Source: Candidatus Eiseniibacteriota bacterium
Lineage (GTDB): Bacteria > Eisenbacteria > RBG-16-71-46
Length of the DNA stretch: 64,000 nucleotides
Assembly (NCBI GenBank): GCA_044223005.1
Contig: JBGAML010000005.1
Span: 229,409 to 293,408 of the forward strand
Direction of reading: 5' to 3'
Position 1 is the first letter of the stretch. Each line of letters starts with the position of its first letter. Below, piece by piece: positions 9,003-18,748 of the stretch. The notes below the pieces were generated by a model. The model was not told the DNA's origin, did no database searches, and saw nothing but the letters and a program-made list of their open reading frames with translations. The translations under genes and the position numbers were made by a program.

Positions 9003-10432
9003 GCAAGGCCAACGTGCTGGTCGTCGACGACCAGGACTCCATCCGCCACTTCGTGAGCCAGGCGCTCGAGGACGACGGTTACACCGTCGCCACGGCGGGC
9101 TCGGTGCGCGAGGCGCGGGCGGCGATCGAGCAGTCCATGCCCGACATGGCGTTCCTCGACCTGAAGCTCCCCGACGGCACCGGGCTCGAGCTGCTGCGCG
9201 AGATCAAGCGCATCCAGCCCGAGGTGTCGGTCATCCTGATGACCGCGTTCGGCGAGCTCGAGACCGCCGTCGAAGCCATGAGCGCCGGCGCGTTCTGGTT
9301 CGTGAAGAAGCCGTTCCAGGCCGAGGAACTCCTGGCGCTGGCCACGCGCGCGCACGAGTCGCAGAAGATCTGGCTCGAGCTGCGCCGGCTGCGCAACCAG
9401 GCGTTCGCGGACGAGGACTACCTGCACTCGGCGAGCCCGGCCATGCAGGAGGCCTACGCCATCGCCGAGCAGGTCGCGCGCGGCGACACGACCAGCGTGC
9501 TGATCGAGGGCGAGAGCGGCACCGGCAAGGAGTACTTCGCCAACCTGATCCACCGCATGAGCGCGCGGCACTCGCAGCCGTTCGTCGAGATCAACTGCGC
9601 CGCGATCCCGAGCGAGCTGCTCGAGAGCGAACTGTTCGGCCACGAGAAGGGCGCGTTCACGGACGCCCGCGCGCAGAAGCTGGGCCTGATGGAGCTGGCC
9701 AACGGCGGCACGCTGTTCCTCGACGAGATCGGGGAGATGTCGCCCATGCTGCAGGTGAAGCTGCTCCGCGTGCTGGAGCGCCGCACTTTCAAGCGCGTCG
9801 GCGGCACCAAGGACATCGCGGTCAACCTGCGCATCATCTCGGCGACCAACCAGGACCTCGAGAAGATGGTGCGGGAGGGAGGCTTCCGCGAGGACCTCTA
9901 CTACCGCCTCAAGGTCGTGCCCCTGTTCGTGCCGCCGCTGCGCGACCGGCACGAGGACGTCGTGCCGCTGGCGCGGCTCTTCATGGAGCGCTTCGCGAAG
10001 CAGTTCAAGAAGCCCTTCAAGGAGATCGCACCCTCGGCGCAGCGGATGCTGCTGGACTATCCGTGGCCGGGAAACATCCGTGAGCTGAAGAACCTGTTCG
10101 AGCGCACGATCCTGCTCGAGAACGCCGAGGTGCTGGAGGCCCGGCACCTCAAGATGGCCGCGCGGGCACGCGGCAACGCCGACGCCTCGCTGGGGCAGCG
10201 CGTCGAAGAGGCGCTCAACTCTCCGATCCCGGCGGGCGGCCTGGCGTTCGAGCAGCTGATCGAGGACCTGGAGCGCGCCTTGATCCTCCGTGCCTCGTAT
10301 GCTACGAACTGGAACCAGAGCCGTACCGCGGAACTGCTGAACCTGAAGCGCGACAAGCTGCGTTACCGCATGAAGCTCTTCGGGATCCACGGCAAGGACA
10401 ACGACGAGAGCACCCAGACGGATGCCGCCTGA
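8999..10432 (+). CDS. Sigma-54-dependent response regulator (REC-AAA+-Fis HTH, NtrC/AtoC family)
   Basis: VLVVDD, FLDLKLPD, GESGTGKE, ESELFGHEKGAFTDA, LFLDEI, FREDLYYRL, WPGNIREL, NQSRTAELL. Confidence 0.96.
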   Translation: MSKANVLVVDDQDSIRHFVSQALEDDGYTVATAGSVREARAAIEQSMPDMAFLDLKLPDGTGLELLREIKRIQPEVSVILMTAFGELETAVEAMSAGAFWFVKKPFQAEELLALATRAHESQKIWLELRRLRNQAFADEDYLHSASPAMQEAYAIAEQVARGDTTSVLIEGESGTGKEYFANLIHRMSARHSQPFVEINCAAIPSELLESELFGHEKGAFTDARAQKLGLMELANGGTLFLDEIGEMSPMLQVKLLRVLERRTFKRVGGTKDIAVNLRIISATNQDLEKMVREGGFREDLYYRLKVVPLFVPPLRDRHEDVVPLARLFMERFAKQFKKPFKEIAPSAQRMLLDYPWPGNIRELKNLFERTILLENAEVLEARHLKMAARARGNADASLGQRVEEALNSPIPAGGLAFEQLIEDLERALILRASYATNWNQSRTAELLNLKRDKLRYRMKLFGIHGKDNDESTQTDAA

Positions 10433-10958
10433 CGCACGAGCCCCCTGGCTGTCGCGCGCGGTCCTCCTGGCCGCCGTGGCGGTCGGGGGGCTCGTGTCGG
10501 GATCGTGTGGGTACACCGCGAGTCCCGCACTGCTGCCGTCGCACCTCAAAACCGTCGCCGTGCCGGTGTTCGAGAACGGCACGACGGAATACACGCTGGA
10601 GCAGGACATCACGAACGCCGTGATCCAGCGCTTCGTCCGCGACAACCACCTCCGCGTCGTGGACGAGAAGTCGGCCAACTGCGTCGTCCGCGGCAAGGTC
10701 ACGCAGTACAAGAACGCCGTCTTCGGCTTCACGAACTCCGCCCAGGCGCAGGAGTACCGCGTCACGATCGCGGTGCAGGTCACCTTCAAGGACCTCGTGA
10801 AGAACCGCGAGATGTGGAGCGACGAGATCGTCCGCACGGCGAACTACTTCGTCACCGACGTCCCCGGCCAGGCCGCCAAGACCGAACTCGATGGACGCAA
10901 AGAAGCCGTCGACAAGATCGCAGACGAAGTCCTCAGCCGCTCGGTCGAAGGCTGGTAG
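10422..10958 (+). CDS. lptE: LptE-family LPS assembly lipoprotein
   Basis: Signal peptide with SGSCGY lipobox, LP.HLKTVAVPVFEN.T; adjacent to holA and leuS. Confidence 0.75.
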   Translation: MPPDARAPWLSRAVLLAAVAVGGLVSGSCGYTASPALLPSHLKTVAVPVFENGTTEYTLEQDITNAVIQRFVRDNHLRVVDEKSANCVVRGKVTQYKNAVFGFTNSAQAQEYRVTIAVQVTFKDLVKNREMWSDEIVRTANYFVTDVPGQAAKTELDGRKEAVDKIADEVLSRSVEGW

Positions 10959-11967
10959 CGCGACCGCGGCGAGCACGCCCGCGCGCTCGCGCGCGTCGGG
11001 CGGGGCCCGTCCGCGCCCGCCGGCCGACCCGCTCGCGCTGCTGGAGCGCGCCGACGCGGGCGAGTTCCCGCCGTCGCTGCACGTCGAGGGCCCCGAGGAA
11101 GCGCTGAAGGCCGAGTTCCTCGCCGGCTTCCGCCGCGCCTGGGCCGCCGCGGTCCCCGAGGCGCCGACGCCGCGCGTGCTGCGGCTGGGCGAGGACGACG
11201 TGGACACCGTGCTGTCCGCGCACCACGGCATCTCGATGTTCGCCGCGCGCGAGCTGACGATCGTGCACGCGCTCGAATCCCTGGTGCGCAGCGAGCGCAA
11301 GGTGAGCGACCTCGCCGCCGGCGTCGCGCGCCCCGCGGGCGAGTCGGTGCTCGTGCTGGTCGAGGCCGCCGCCGACGCGCCGCGCAAGTCGCTCGACGCG
11401 ATCCGCGCCGCGTGCGCCGCGCGCGTCGAGCTGCACCCCGTCGACGCGAAGACGCTGCTCGTGTGGGGCCGCCGGCGACTGAAGGCCGAGGGCCTGGACG
11501 AAGCACCCGGCACGCTCGAGGCGCTGCTGCGCTCGTGCGAAGGGGAGAGCGTCGCGTTCCTGAGCGAGCTGGGCAAGCTGGTGAGCTGCTGCGCGCGCGC
11601 CGGCAAGGTCACGCCGAAGGACGTCGCCGCGCTCGAACGCCCGGTGGTGGGCGCGAGCCTCGAGGAGTACCTGCTCGCCGTGGCCAGCGGCGAACCCGGA
11701 CTCGCCGCGCAGCGGCTCGGCCGCCTGCTCGCGGCCGGCGAGAGCGAGGGCTCGGTGATGTGGGCGCTCGGCAACATGGTCGGCGGCGCGATCGGCGGCT
11801 GGTCGATGCGCCCCGAACTGGCGCGAGTGCTCGGCCGGCGCCGCGGCCCCGCCGATCTCGCCCGCGCGCTCGACGCCGTCTACCGCGCCGAGGCCGCCTG
11901 GAAGGGCGGCCGCACGGACGCCCTGCTCGCCCTCGAGCAGGCGACCCGCGAGGTCGCCGCACGCTGA
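10891..11967 (+). CDS. holA: DNA polymerase III subunit delta (divergent)
   Basis: L.VEGPEE.L, ISMFA.RELTIV, ELGKL, VT.KDV pattern; lptE-holA synteny; start uncertain. Confidence 0.7.
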   Translation: MDAKKPSTRSQTKSSAARSKAGSATAASTPARSRASGGARPRPPADPLALLERADAGEFPPSLHVEGPEEALKAEFLAGFRRAWAAAVPEAPTPRVLRLGEDDVDTVLSAHHGISMFAARELTIVHALESLVRSERKVSDLAAGVARPAGESVLVLVEAAADAPRKSLDAIRAACAARVELHPVDAKTLLVWGRRRLKAEGLDEAPGTLEALLRSCEGESVAFLSELGKLVSCCARAGKVTPKDVAALERPVVGASLEEYLLAVASGEPGLAAQRLGRLLAAGESEGSVMWALGNMVGGAIGGWSMRPELARVLGRRRGPADLARALDAVYRAEAAWKGGRTDALLALEQATREVAAR

Positions 11968-12069
11968 GCAGCCTCCGCGCGGCGCGGGCCATTCGCCCGC
12001 GGCCTGCCGTGACGGGAGGGAAGCCCTCCGCTATCTTCCACGCTCCACCTTCATCCATCGGATCGGTCC

Positions 12070-14505
12070 ATGAGCAAGCGATACCCGTTCTCCGAAGTCG
12101 AGCCGCGCTGGCAGCGTTACTGGGTCGAGCGGAAGACCTTCGCCGCCCCCGACGTGTCGCCGAAGCCGAAGTTCTACTGCCTCGACATGTACCCGTACCC
12201 CTCGGGCGCCGGCCTGCACGTGGGCCACATCGAGGGCTACACGGCGACGGACATCCTCAGCCGCTACAAGCGCATGAATGGCTTCAACGTCCTGCACTGC
12301 ACCGGCTGGGACGCGTTCGGGCTGCCGGCCGAGCAGTACGCGGTCAAGACGGGCATCCACCCGGCGATCACGACGCGGCAGAACATCGACAACTTCCGCC
12401 GGCAGATGCAGCGCGCGGGCCTGAGCTACGACTGGGATCGCGAGGTCGACACCACCGATCCGGACTACTACAAGTGGACGCAGTGGATCTTCCTCAAGCT
12501 CTACGAGCGCGGCCTGGCGTACGTCGCCGAGATCCCGGTCAACTGGTGCCCCGAGTTGGGCACGGTGCTCGCCAACGAGGAAGTCGTCGACGGCAAGAGC
12601 GAGGTCGGCGGCTTCGAGGTGATTCGCCAGCCGATGCGGCAGTGGGTGCTGAAGATCACCGAGTACGCCGACCGCCTGCTCGCCGACCTGAAGGACGTCG
12701 ACTGGCCGAACGGCACGCTGATCATGCAGAAGGAGTGGATCGGCCGCTCCACCGGCGCCGAGGTCGACTTCGCGCTGGACGGAGTGCACGGCAACCTGCG
12801 CATCTTCACGACGCGCCCCGACACGCTCTTCGGCGCCACCTACATGGTGCTCGCGCCCGAGCACCCGCTGGTGAGCGTGCTGACGAGCCCGGCGCAGAAG
12901 GCCGCGGTCGACGCCTACGTCCAGGCGACGTCGCACAAGAGCGACCTGCAGCGGCAGCAGGACAAGCAGAAGACGGGAGTCTTCACCGGCGGCCACGCCG
13001 TCAATCCCGTCAACGGCAAGAAGCTGCCGATCTGGATCGCCGACTACGTGATGATGGGCTACGGCACCGGCGCGATCATGGCGGTCCCCGGCCACGACGA
13101 GCGCGACTGGGAGTTCGCGAAGACCTTCGGCCTGCCGATCGTCGAGGTCGTGAAGGGCGGCGACGTGCAGCAGGCCGCATTCACCGAGACGGACGACGGC
13201 ACGATCGTGAACTCCACGTCGCCCGACGGCGCGTTCTCGATCGACGGCCTGAAGCCCGTCGACGCGATCCCGAAGATCACGCAGTGGCTCGCCGCGAGAG
13301 GCGTCGGCCAGGAGGCCGTCAACTACAAGCTGCGCGACTGGCCGTTCTCACGGCAGCGCTACTGGGGCGAGCCGTTCCCGATCGTCTGGACCGATGGCGA
13401 ACACCACCCGGTGCCCGAGAGCCAGCTGCCCATCCGCCTGCCCGAGCTCGAGAACTACAAGCCGAGCGGCACGGGGGAGAGCCCACTCGCGAACGCCACC
13501 GAGTGGCTCAAGGCCACCGATCCCGCCACCGGCAAGCCCGCACGCCGCGAGACCAACACGATGCCCCAGTGGGCCGGCTCGTGCTGGTACTACCTGCGCT
13601 TCCTCGACCCGAAGAACCCCGACCGCCTGGTCGACCCCAAGAAGGAGAAGTACTGGATGCCCGTCGACCTCTACGTCGGCGGCTCCGAACACGCGGTGCT
13701 GCACCTGCTCTACGCGCGCTTCTGGCACAAGGTGCTCTACGACATCGGCGTCGTGAGCACACCCGAACCGTTCATGAAGCTGGTCCACCAGGGCATCATC
13801 CTGGGCGAGGACAATCGCAAGATGTCCAAGCGCTGGGGCAACGTGGTCGACCCGAACGACATGATCGACCAGTACGGCGCCGACGCGCTGCGCATCTACG
13901 AGATGTTCATGGGCCCGCTGGAGGCCATGAAGCCCTGGAGCAGCAAGAGCGTGGAAGGCATCACGCGCTTCCTCGACCGTGTCTGGCGGTTGTTCGTGAA
14001 CGAGGACGGCAGCCTCACGCTCACGAACGAGCAGCCCAACGAGGCCATGCTGCGCACGCTGCACCAGACGATCCGCAAGGTCGGCGAGGACGTCGAAGCC
14101 CTCAAGTTCAACACCGCGATCGCGCAGATGATGGTCTTCGCGAACGAAATGAACCCGCAGCCCGGCCGTCCCAAGGCGATCCTCGAACCGTTCCTCAAGG
14201 TAATCGCGCCATTCGCGCCGCACCTCGCCGAAGAGCTCTGGGCACGAATGGGCCACAAGGACACGATCGCCTACGAACCCTGGCCCGCGTACGACCCGAA
14301 GCTCTGCGAGGAGTCGCAGGTCACACTCGCCGTCCAGGTGAACGGCAAGCTGCGCGCGACGCTCGACTTCGCCAAGGGCGCCGACCAGGACACCGTGCTC
14401 ACCGCCGCCAAGGCCGACGAACGCGTCGCCAAGTACCTCGACGGCGCGACCATCCGCAAGGTGATCCACGTGAAGGACAAGCTGCTGAACCTCGTGGTCG
14501 GCTGA
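12070..14505 (+). CDS. leuS: Leucine--tRNA ligase
   Basis: [14 protein letters not shown] (HIGH), [17 protein letters not shown] and [12 protein letters not shown] editing domain, [13 protein letters not shown]. Confidence 0.98.
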   Translation: MSKRYPFSEVEPRWQRYWVERKTFAAPDVSPKPKFYCLDMYPYPSGAGLHVGHIEGYTATDILSRYKRMNGFNVLHCTGWDAFGLPAEQYAVKTGIHPAITTRQNIDNFRRQMQRAGLSYDWDREVDTTDPDYYKWTQWIFLKLYERGLAYVAEIPVNWCPELGTVLANEEVVDGKSEVGGFEVIRQPMRQWVLKITEYADRLLADLKDVDWPNGTLIMQKEWIGRSTGAEVDFALDGVHGNLRIFTTRPDTLFGATYMVLAPEHPLVSVLTSPAQKAAVDAYVQATSHKSDLQRQQDKQKTGVFTGGHAVNPVNGKKLPIWIADYVMMGYGTGAIMAVPGHDERDWEFAKTFGLPIVEVVKGGDVQQAAFTETDDGTIVNSTSPDGAFSIDGLKPVDAIPKITQWLAARGVGQEAVNYKLRDWPFSRQRYWGEPFPIVWTDGEHHPVPESQLPIRLPELENYKPSGTGESPLANATEWLKATDPATGKPARRETNTMPQWAGSCWYYLRFLDPKNPDRLVDPKKEKYWMPVDLYVGGSEHAVLHLLYARFWHKVLYDIGVVSTPEPFMKLVHQGIILGEDNRKMSKRWGNVVDPNDMIDQYGADALRIYEMFMGPLEAMKPWSSKSVEGITRFLDRVWRLFVNEDGSLTLTNEQPNEAMLRTLHQTIRKVGEDVEALKFNTAIAQMMVFANEMNPQPGRPKAILEPFLKVIAPFAPHLAEELWARMGHKDTIAYEPWPAYDPKLCEESQVTLAVQVNGKLRATLDFAKGADQDTVLTAAKADERVAKYLDGATIRKVIHVKDKLLNLVVG

Positions 14506-14527
14506 GCCGACGGGGAGGAGCTCGAAC

Positions 14528-15019
14528 GTGCGCCGCCTCGTTGCGCTCACCGCCGCGGCAACGATCTGCCTGGCCTCGAGCAGCTGCCTGCCCGGGGAGC
14601 CCCGTGGCCGAGTCCACAATGGCCTCTCCATGAGCCAGGGCCCCGTCGGAACGTGGATCGGCGCTTCGGACAGCCTCCAGGTCGTCGTGACCGCCGCACC
14701 CGACAGCACCGTCGCCGTGCGCGGCTGGCTCCTGGGGTACGTGCGCTGCCGCAACGGGGTGCTTCAGTCGATGCCGGTGACGTTCTCCGACCAGGTCCGG
14801 TTGCAACCGCTGATCGTTCCGTCGGCCGGCGACTACACGGTGAGGGACACTCCAGACTCGCTGCACGTCGAGACGAAGTGGATTCTCGTCGGGTCAGACG
14901 AACGGACGTTCGGGCGCTTCACCGTGGTGATGCACGTGAGCGATCACGCCAGCGGCGCCTGCAACGACGACACGACGACGATCTCCGGCAGCGTGCAGCG
15001 CCTCACGCGAATCAAGTAG
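14528..15019 (+). CDS. Hypothetical exported protein/lipoprotein
   Basis: GGAGGAG RBS, signal-peptide-like N-terminus with Cys, beta-rich; no family recognised. Confidence 0.55.
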   Translation: MRRLVALTAAATICLASSSCLPGEPRGRVHNGLSMSQGPVGTWIGASDSLQVVVTAAPDSTVAVRGWLLGYVRCRNGVLQSMPVTFSDQVRLQPLIVPSAGDYTVRDTPDSLHVETKWILVGSDERTFGRFTVVMHVSDHASGACNDDTTTISGSVQRLTRIK

Positions 15020-15122
15020 CGCAGGCCGCGAAGACCAGCGCCGCGACGCCCGAGCCGAGGCGACGCGATGTGCGAGGTGGCAGGGGCAACGTCCCGGACC
15101 GCAGGGCATCCCAAACCCCGAG

Positions 15123-15169
15123 GATATTATGTGAGCCTCCGGCCTACGGCCGGAGGTTTACATAATATC
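15123..15169. repeat. 22-bp inverted repeat (hairpin) overlapping dif
   Basis: GATATTATGTGAGCCTCCGGCC-TAC-GGCCGGAGGTTTACATAATATC; 20 Watson-Crick pairs plus 2 G.T. Confidence 0.9.
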
Positions 15170-15182
15170 TATTATGCGACTT
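15155..15182 (-). other. dif: dif site (XerC/XerD chromosome dimer resolution site)
   Basis: Minus strand AAGTCGCATAA-TAGATA-TTATGTAAACC versus E. coli GGTGCGCATAA-TGTATA-TTATGTTAAAT; 11-6-11 layout; AT-rich intergenic patch; xerC and xerD nearby. Confidence 0.88.
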
Positions 15183-15417
15183 CATTGAAACTGCCACCAC
15201 CGCCGCATCCCGCCTTGCCGCGCCGTGCTTTCGCCTCCCTCGGCCGCGGCCCCTCTCGCCGCGAGCCCCTCTCGAGCCGCCTCGCGATCGCGCCACGCCG
15301 CCGAGCGCACGAGGTGCTAACCTGCGCGCGCACGCCGCCGGTGATCCATCCCGCCGAATCCCCCGGACGCGCGAATCGCTCCCGACCTCGTCCCCGAGCT
15401 CTCCGAGGAGATTCGCC

Positions 15418-16350
15418 ATGATCCGCCGTATCGCCGTCATCGCCGCGCTGGGCAGCTCGCTCGCGCTCGCCACTGCCGCCCGGGCCGCCGAGCCGTACCT
15501 CGGCGCCTGGGACGTCACCCTGAGCCGCCCGGCCGTAGACACGACCTGGCCGTGCTGGTTCCAGCTCGATCGCCTGCCGGGCGTCGGCCTCGTCATGACC
15601 TTCCAGGGCATGGCCAACGCGCCCGTGGCCGTGCGTGGCGTCCAGGCGCTGGACGACGGGCTGCGCTTCGAGGTCCCGAACTTCGGCACGTTCGTCGGCA
15701 AGCGCTCCGGCGACGGTTACGCCGGCACCATGGCACCGAGCATGGTCGACACGTCGGAGCACCTCGTCGTCGACTGGCGCGCCGTGCGTGCGCCGGGTCT
15801 CGACGCGCCCACAAAGGTCGCCTGGGGCGAACCGATCGCGCTCTTCGACGGCAAGTCGCTCGCGGGCTGGATCGGGCGCCGCGGCGGCAGCGGTGGCTGG
15901 GCAGCCAGCGGTGGCCTGCTGGTCAACGGCGATCTCGCCGGCGACCTCATGACGACGCAGCGCTTCTCGAACTTCAAGCTCCACCTGCAGTACCGGCTGC
16001 AACCCGGCGAGGACAGCGGACTTCACCTGCGTGGCCGTTATGAGATCCAACTCACCGATCGCCCGGATCCGGCCGGTCCGCTGGGCGCCACGGGAGCCGT
16101 CTACGGGTTCTTCCCGCCCGCCCGCGATGCCGCGAAGCCCGCCGGCCAGTGGAACACGCTCGACGTCGAACTGGTCGGCCGCACGCTCACGGCGCGACTC
16201 AACGACGTGCTCATCCAGGACCACGTCGTCGTGCCGGGCATCACCGGCGACGCGCTGGATGCGAACGAGTCCGAACCCGGGCCGATCGTCCTGCAGGGCT
16301 ACCTCGGCCGCATCGACTTCCGGGACATCGTCCTCACGCCGGCCCGCTGA
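15418..16350 (+). CDS. Secreted DUF1080 (3-keto-disaccharide hydrolase) family protein
   Basis: Signal peptide; LFDGKSLAGW, F.NFKLHLQY, DSGLHLRGRYEIQL, GAVYG, GQWN, GPIVLQG, FRDI. Confidence 0.88.
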   Translation: MIRRIAVIAALGSSLALATAARAAEPYLGAWDVTLSRPAVDTTWPCWFQLDRLPGVGLVMTFQGMANAPVAVRGVQALDDGLRFEVPNFGTFVGKRSGDGYAGTMAPSMVDTSEHLVVDWRAVRAPGLDAPTKVAWGEPIALFDGKSLAGWIGRRGGSGGWAASGGLLVNGDLAGDLMTTQRFSNFKLHLQYRLQPGEDSGLHLRGRYEIQLTDRPDPAGPLGATGAVYGFFPPARDAAKPAGQWNTLDVELVGRTLTARLNDVLIQDHVVVPGITGDALDANESEPGPIVLQGYLGRIDFRDIVLTPAR

Positions 16351-16364
16351 TCCGGGCTCGCACA

Positions 16365-16394
16365 GGCGATACTGCACACTTGTGCAGTATCGCC
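16365..16394. promoter_or_regulatory. Perfect palindrome, candidate operator (SOS-box-like)
   Basis: GGCGATACTGCACA-CT-TGTGCAGTATCGCC, containing TACTG-N10-CAGTA, 22 nt before the radical SAM ATG. Confidence 0.55.
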
Positions 16395-16416
16395 CGCTTG
16401 CGGTACAAGGGCACTC

Positions 16417-17343
16417 ATGCGCCCCGAGTACCGCGAAGAACCCTGCCGCTCGGCCCTCAATCCCGTCCGCGGGATGCCGTTCGACTGGTCGCTCAACCCG
16501 TACATGGGCTGCGCCCACCGCTGCACGTTCTGCTACGTGCGCGCGTTCGAGCGCCGCGCCGACCGTCCGTGGGACGACCGCTACGGGCGCTCGATCCGCG
16601 TGAAGACGAACATCGCCGAGGTGCTGCGCCGCGAGCTCGCGCGCCGCACGTGGACGCGCGCCGAGGTGCAGGTCGGCGCCGCCACCGATCCCTACCAGCC
16701 GATCGAGGCGCGCTACCGGCTGACGCGCGCGTGCCTCGAGATGCTCGCCGAGGCGCGCAATCCCTTCGGCATCATCACGCGCGGACCGCTGGTCGTGCGT
16801 GACCTCGACGTGCTCGCCGCGGCGTCCGCGCGCACGGACGTGCGCGTGTACCTGTCCGTGCCGACGCTGGACGAGCGGCTCTGGCGCGCGACCGAGCCCG
16901 GCACCGCGCCGCCGCGCGCGCGCCTGCGTGCCGTCGCGCGCCTCGCCGAAGCGGGCATCCGCGTCTCGGTGCTGGTCGCGCCGTTGATCCCGGGGCTCAG
17001 CGATTCCGATGCGTCGCTCGCGCAGGTCGTGCGCGAGGCGCGTGCCGCCGGCGCGGAGCGGCTCTCGGCGATCGTGCTCCACATGCAGCCCGGGACGCGC
17101 GAGCATTTCATGCAGACGTTGGGCGAAGAATGGCCCGAGGAACGCACGCGGCTCGAGGCGCTCTATGGCGCGCGCGGCTACCTGCCGGGCCGCACGCAGC
17201 AGCAGGTGACCGATCGCTTCGCGGCGATCCGCGCCCGCGTGCCACGCCGCGAGGGCCTCCCTCCCGCGATCCGGCCGGCTCCCCTCCCGGCGGCCGATCC
17301 CGAACCGCCCGCGTTCGCGCAGCAGCTCGGGCTGGCGCTCTGA
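16417..17343 (+). CDS. Radical SAM protein, SplB-like (Rv2578c/PA0069 type)
   Basis: SLNPYMGCAHRCTFCY (CxxxCxxC), ATDPYQPIEARYRLTR, LVVRDLDVL, TEPGT.PP.ARL. Confidence 0.9.
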   Translation: MRPEYREEPCRSALNPVRGMPFDWSLNPYMGCAHRCTFCYVRAFERRADRPWDDRYGRSIRVKTNIAEVLRRELARRTWTRAEVQVGAATDPYQPIEARYRLTRACLEMLAEARNPFGIITRGPLVVRDLDVLAAASARTDVRVYLSVPTLDERLWRATEPGTAPPRARLRAVARLAEAGIRVSVLVAPLIPGLSDSDASLAQVVREARAAGAERLSAIVLHMQPGTREHFMQTLGEEWPEERTRLEALYGARGYLPGRTQQQVTDRFAAIRARVPRREGLPPAIRPAPLPAADPEPPAFAQQLGLAL

Positions 17344-17367
17344 CGCGCGCTGCGGCATCGTCGCCGC

Positions 17368-18735
17368 ATGCGCTCCGTCGATCCCGCCACGCTCGAAATC
17401 GTCACCGACGTCGAGGACCATTCGTCCGCGCAGGCGGCAGCGCTTCTCGCCGCGGCGGCAGCCGCGTTTCCGGCCTGGCGCGACGCCGGCATCCCGGCGC
17501 GCGCCGCCGTGCTCCGACGCGCGGGCGCGCTGCTCCGCGAGCGGCGTGACGCGCTCGCCACGCTCGCCGTGCGCGAGATGGGCAAGCCGATCGCGCAGGC
17601 CGAGGCCGAGGTCGAGAAGTGCGCGGCCGCGTGCGAGTGGTTCGCCGAACACGCCGCGGCCGCGCTCGCGCCCGAGACGATCGCGAGTGACGCCACGCGC
17701 AGCGGCGTGCGCAACCTGCCGTTCGGCGTGGTGCTCGCGGTGATGCCGTGGAACTTCCCGTTCTGGCAGGTCGTCCGCGCCGCCACACCCGCGCTCGCGG
17801 CCGGCAACACGGTCGCGCTCAAGCACGCGTCCAACGTGCCCGGCGTCGCGCTCGCGATCGAAGCGCTGTTCCGCGACGCCGGCGCGCCTCCCGGCGTGTT
17901 CACCACGCTGCTCGTCGGCGCGCGCGACGTGCCGGCGCTGATCGCGCACCCGGCGATCGCGGCGGTGACGCTGACCGGCAGCGAAGCCGCGGGCCGCGAG
18001 GTGGCCGCGTGCGCGGGCCGCGCGCTCAAGCCCTGCGTGCTGGAGCTCGGCGGCTCGGATCCGTTCGTCGTGCTCGCCGACGCCGATCTCGATGCGGTCG
18101 TGCCACTCGCCGTCACGGCGCGCGTGCAGAACAACGGCCAGAGCTGCATCGCGGCCAAGCGCTTCATCGTGGTCGAGCCGCTCGCCGACGCGTTCGCCGA
18201 ACGCTTCGCGCGCGCCATGGACGCGCTCGTCGTGGGCGACCCATTGGACCGCGCGACGCAGGTGGGCCCGCTCGCGAAGCCGGAGTTCGTCGACGACCTC
18301 GAGGACCAGGTGCGCCGCAGCATCGCCGCCGGTGCACGCCTGCTCGTCGGCGGCCGCCGGCCCCCGGGGCTCCGCGGTGCGTTCTACGCGCCGACCGTGC
18401 TCGCGGAGGTGCGCCCGGGCTGCCCGGCGTTCGACGAGGAGACGTTCGGCCCCGTGGCGCCGGTGATCCGTGCGCGCGATGACGCCGAGGCGCTCACGCT
18501 CGCCAACCATTCGCGCTTCGGGCTCGGCGCCAGCGTGTGGACGCGCGATGCGGCGCGCGGCGAAGCGTTCGCCGCGCGGATCGAAGCCGGAGCGGTGTTC
18601 GTCAACGGCATCGTGAAGTCGGATCCGCGGCTGCCGTTCGGCGGCATCAAGGCGTCGGGCTGGGGCCGCGAGCTGGGCGTCGCCGGCCTGCGCGCGTTCA
18701 CGAACCTGCAGACCCACTGGGCGCGCGAAGCCTGA
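17368..18735 (+). CDS. NAD(P)-dependent succinate-semialdehyde dehydrogenase-like aldehyde dehydrogenase
   Basis: VMPWNFPFWQV, LKHAS, LTGSE.AG, LELGGSDP, NNGQSCIAAKR, EETFGP, PFGGIK.SG.GRELG. Confidence 0.93.
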   Translation: MRSVDPATLEIVTDVEDHSSAQAAALLAAAAAAFPAWRDAGIPARAAVLRRAGALLRERRDALATLAVREMGKPIAQAEAEVEKCAAACEWFAEHAAAALAPETIASDATRSGVRNLPFGVVLAVMPWNFPFWQVVRAATPALAAGNTVALKHASNVPGVALAIEALFRDAGAPPGVFTTLLVGARDVPALIAHPAIAAVTLTGSEAAGREVAACAGRALKPCVLELGGSDPFVVLADADLDAVVPLAVTARVQNNGQSCIAAKRFIVVEPLADAFAERFARAMDALVVGDPLDRATQVGPLAKPEFVDDLEDQVRRSIAAGARLLVGGRRPPGLRGAFYAPTVLAEVRPGCPAFDEETFGPVAPVIRARDDAEALTLANHSRFGLGASVWTRDAARGEAFAARIEAGAVFVNGIVKSDPRLPFGGIKASGWGRELGVAGLRAFTNLQTHWAREA

Positions 18736-18748
18736 TCGCGCGCGGCGC

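Noticed and set aside
14506..15110. Second dif/att junction delimiting an intact integrated element
   Set aside because: No further ACATAA/TTATGT arm was found nearby, so no complete element can be called.
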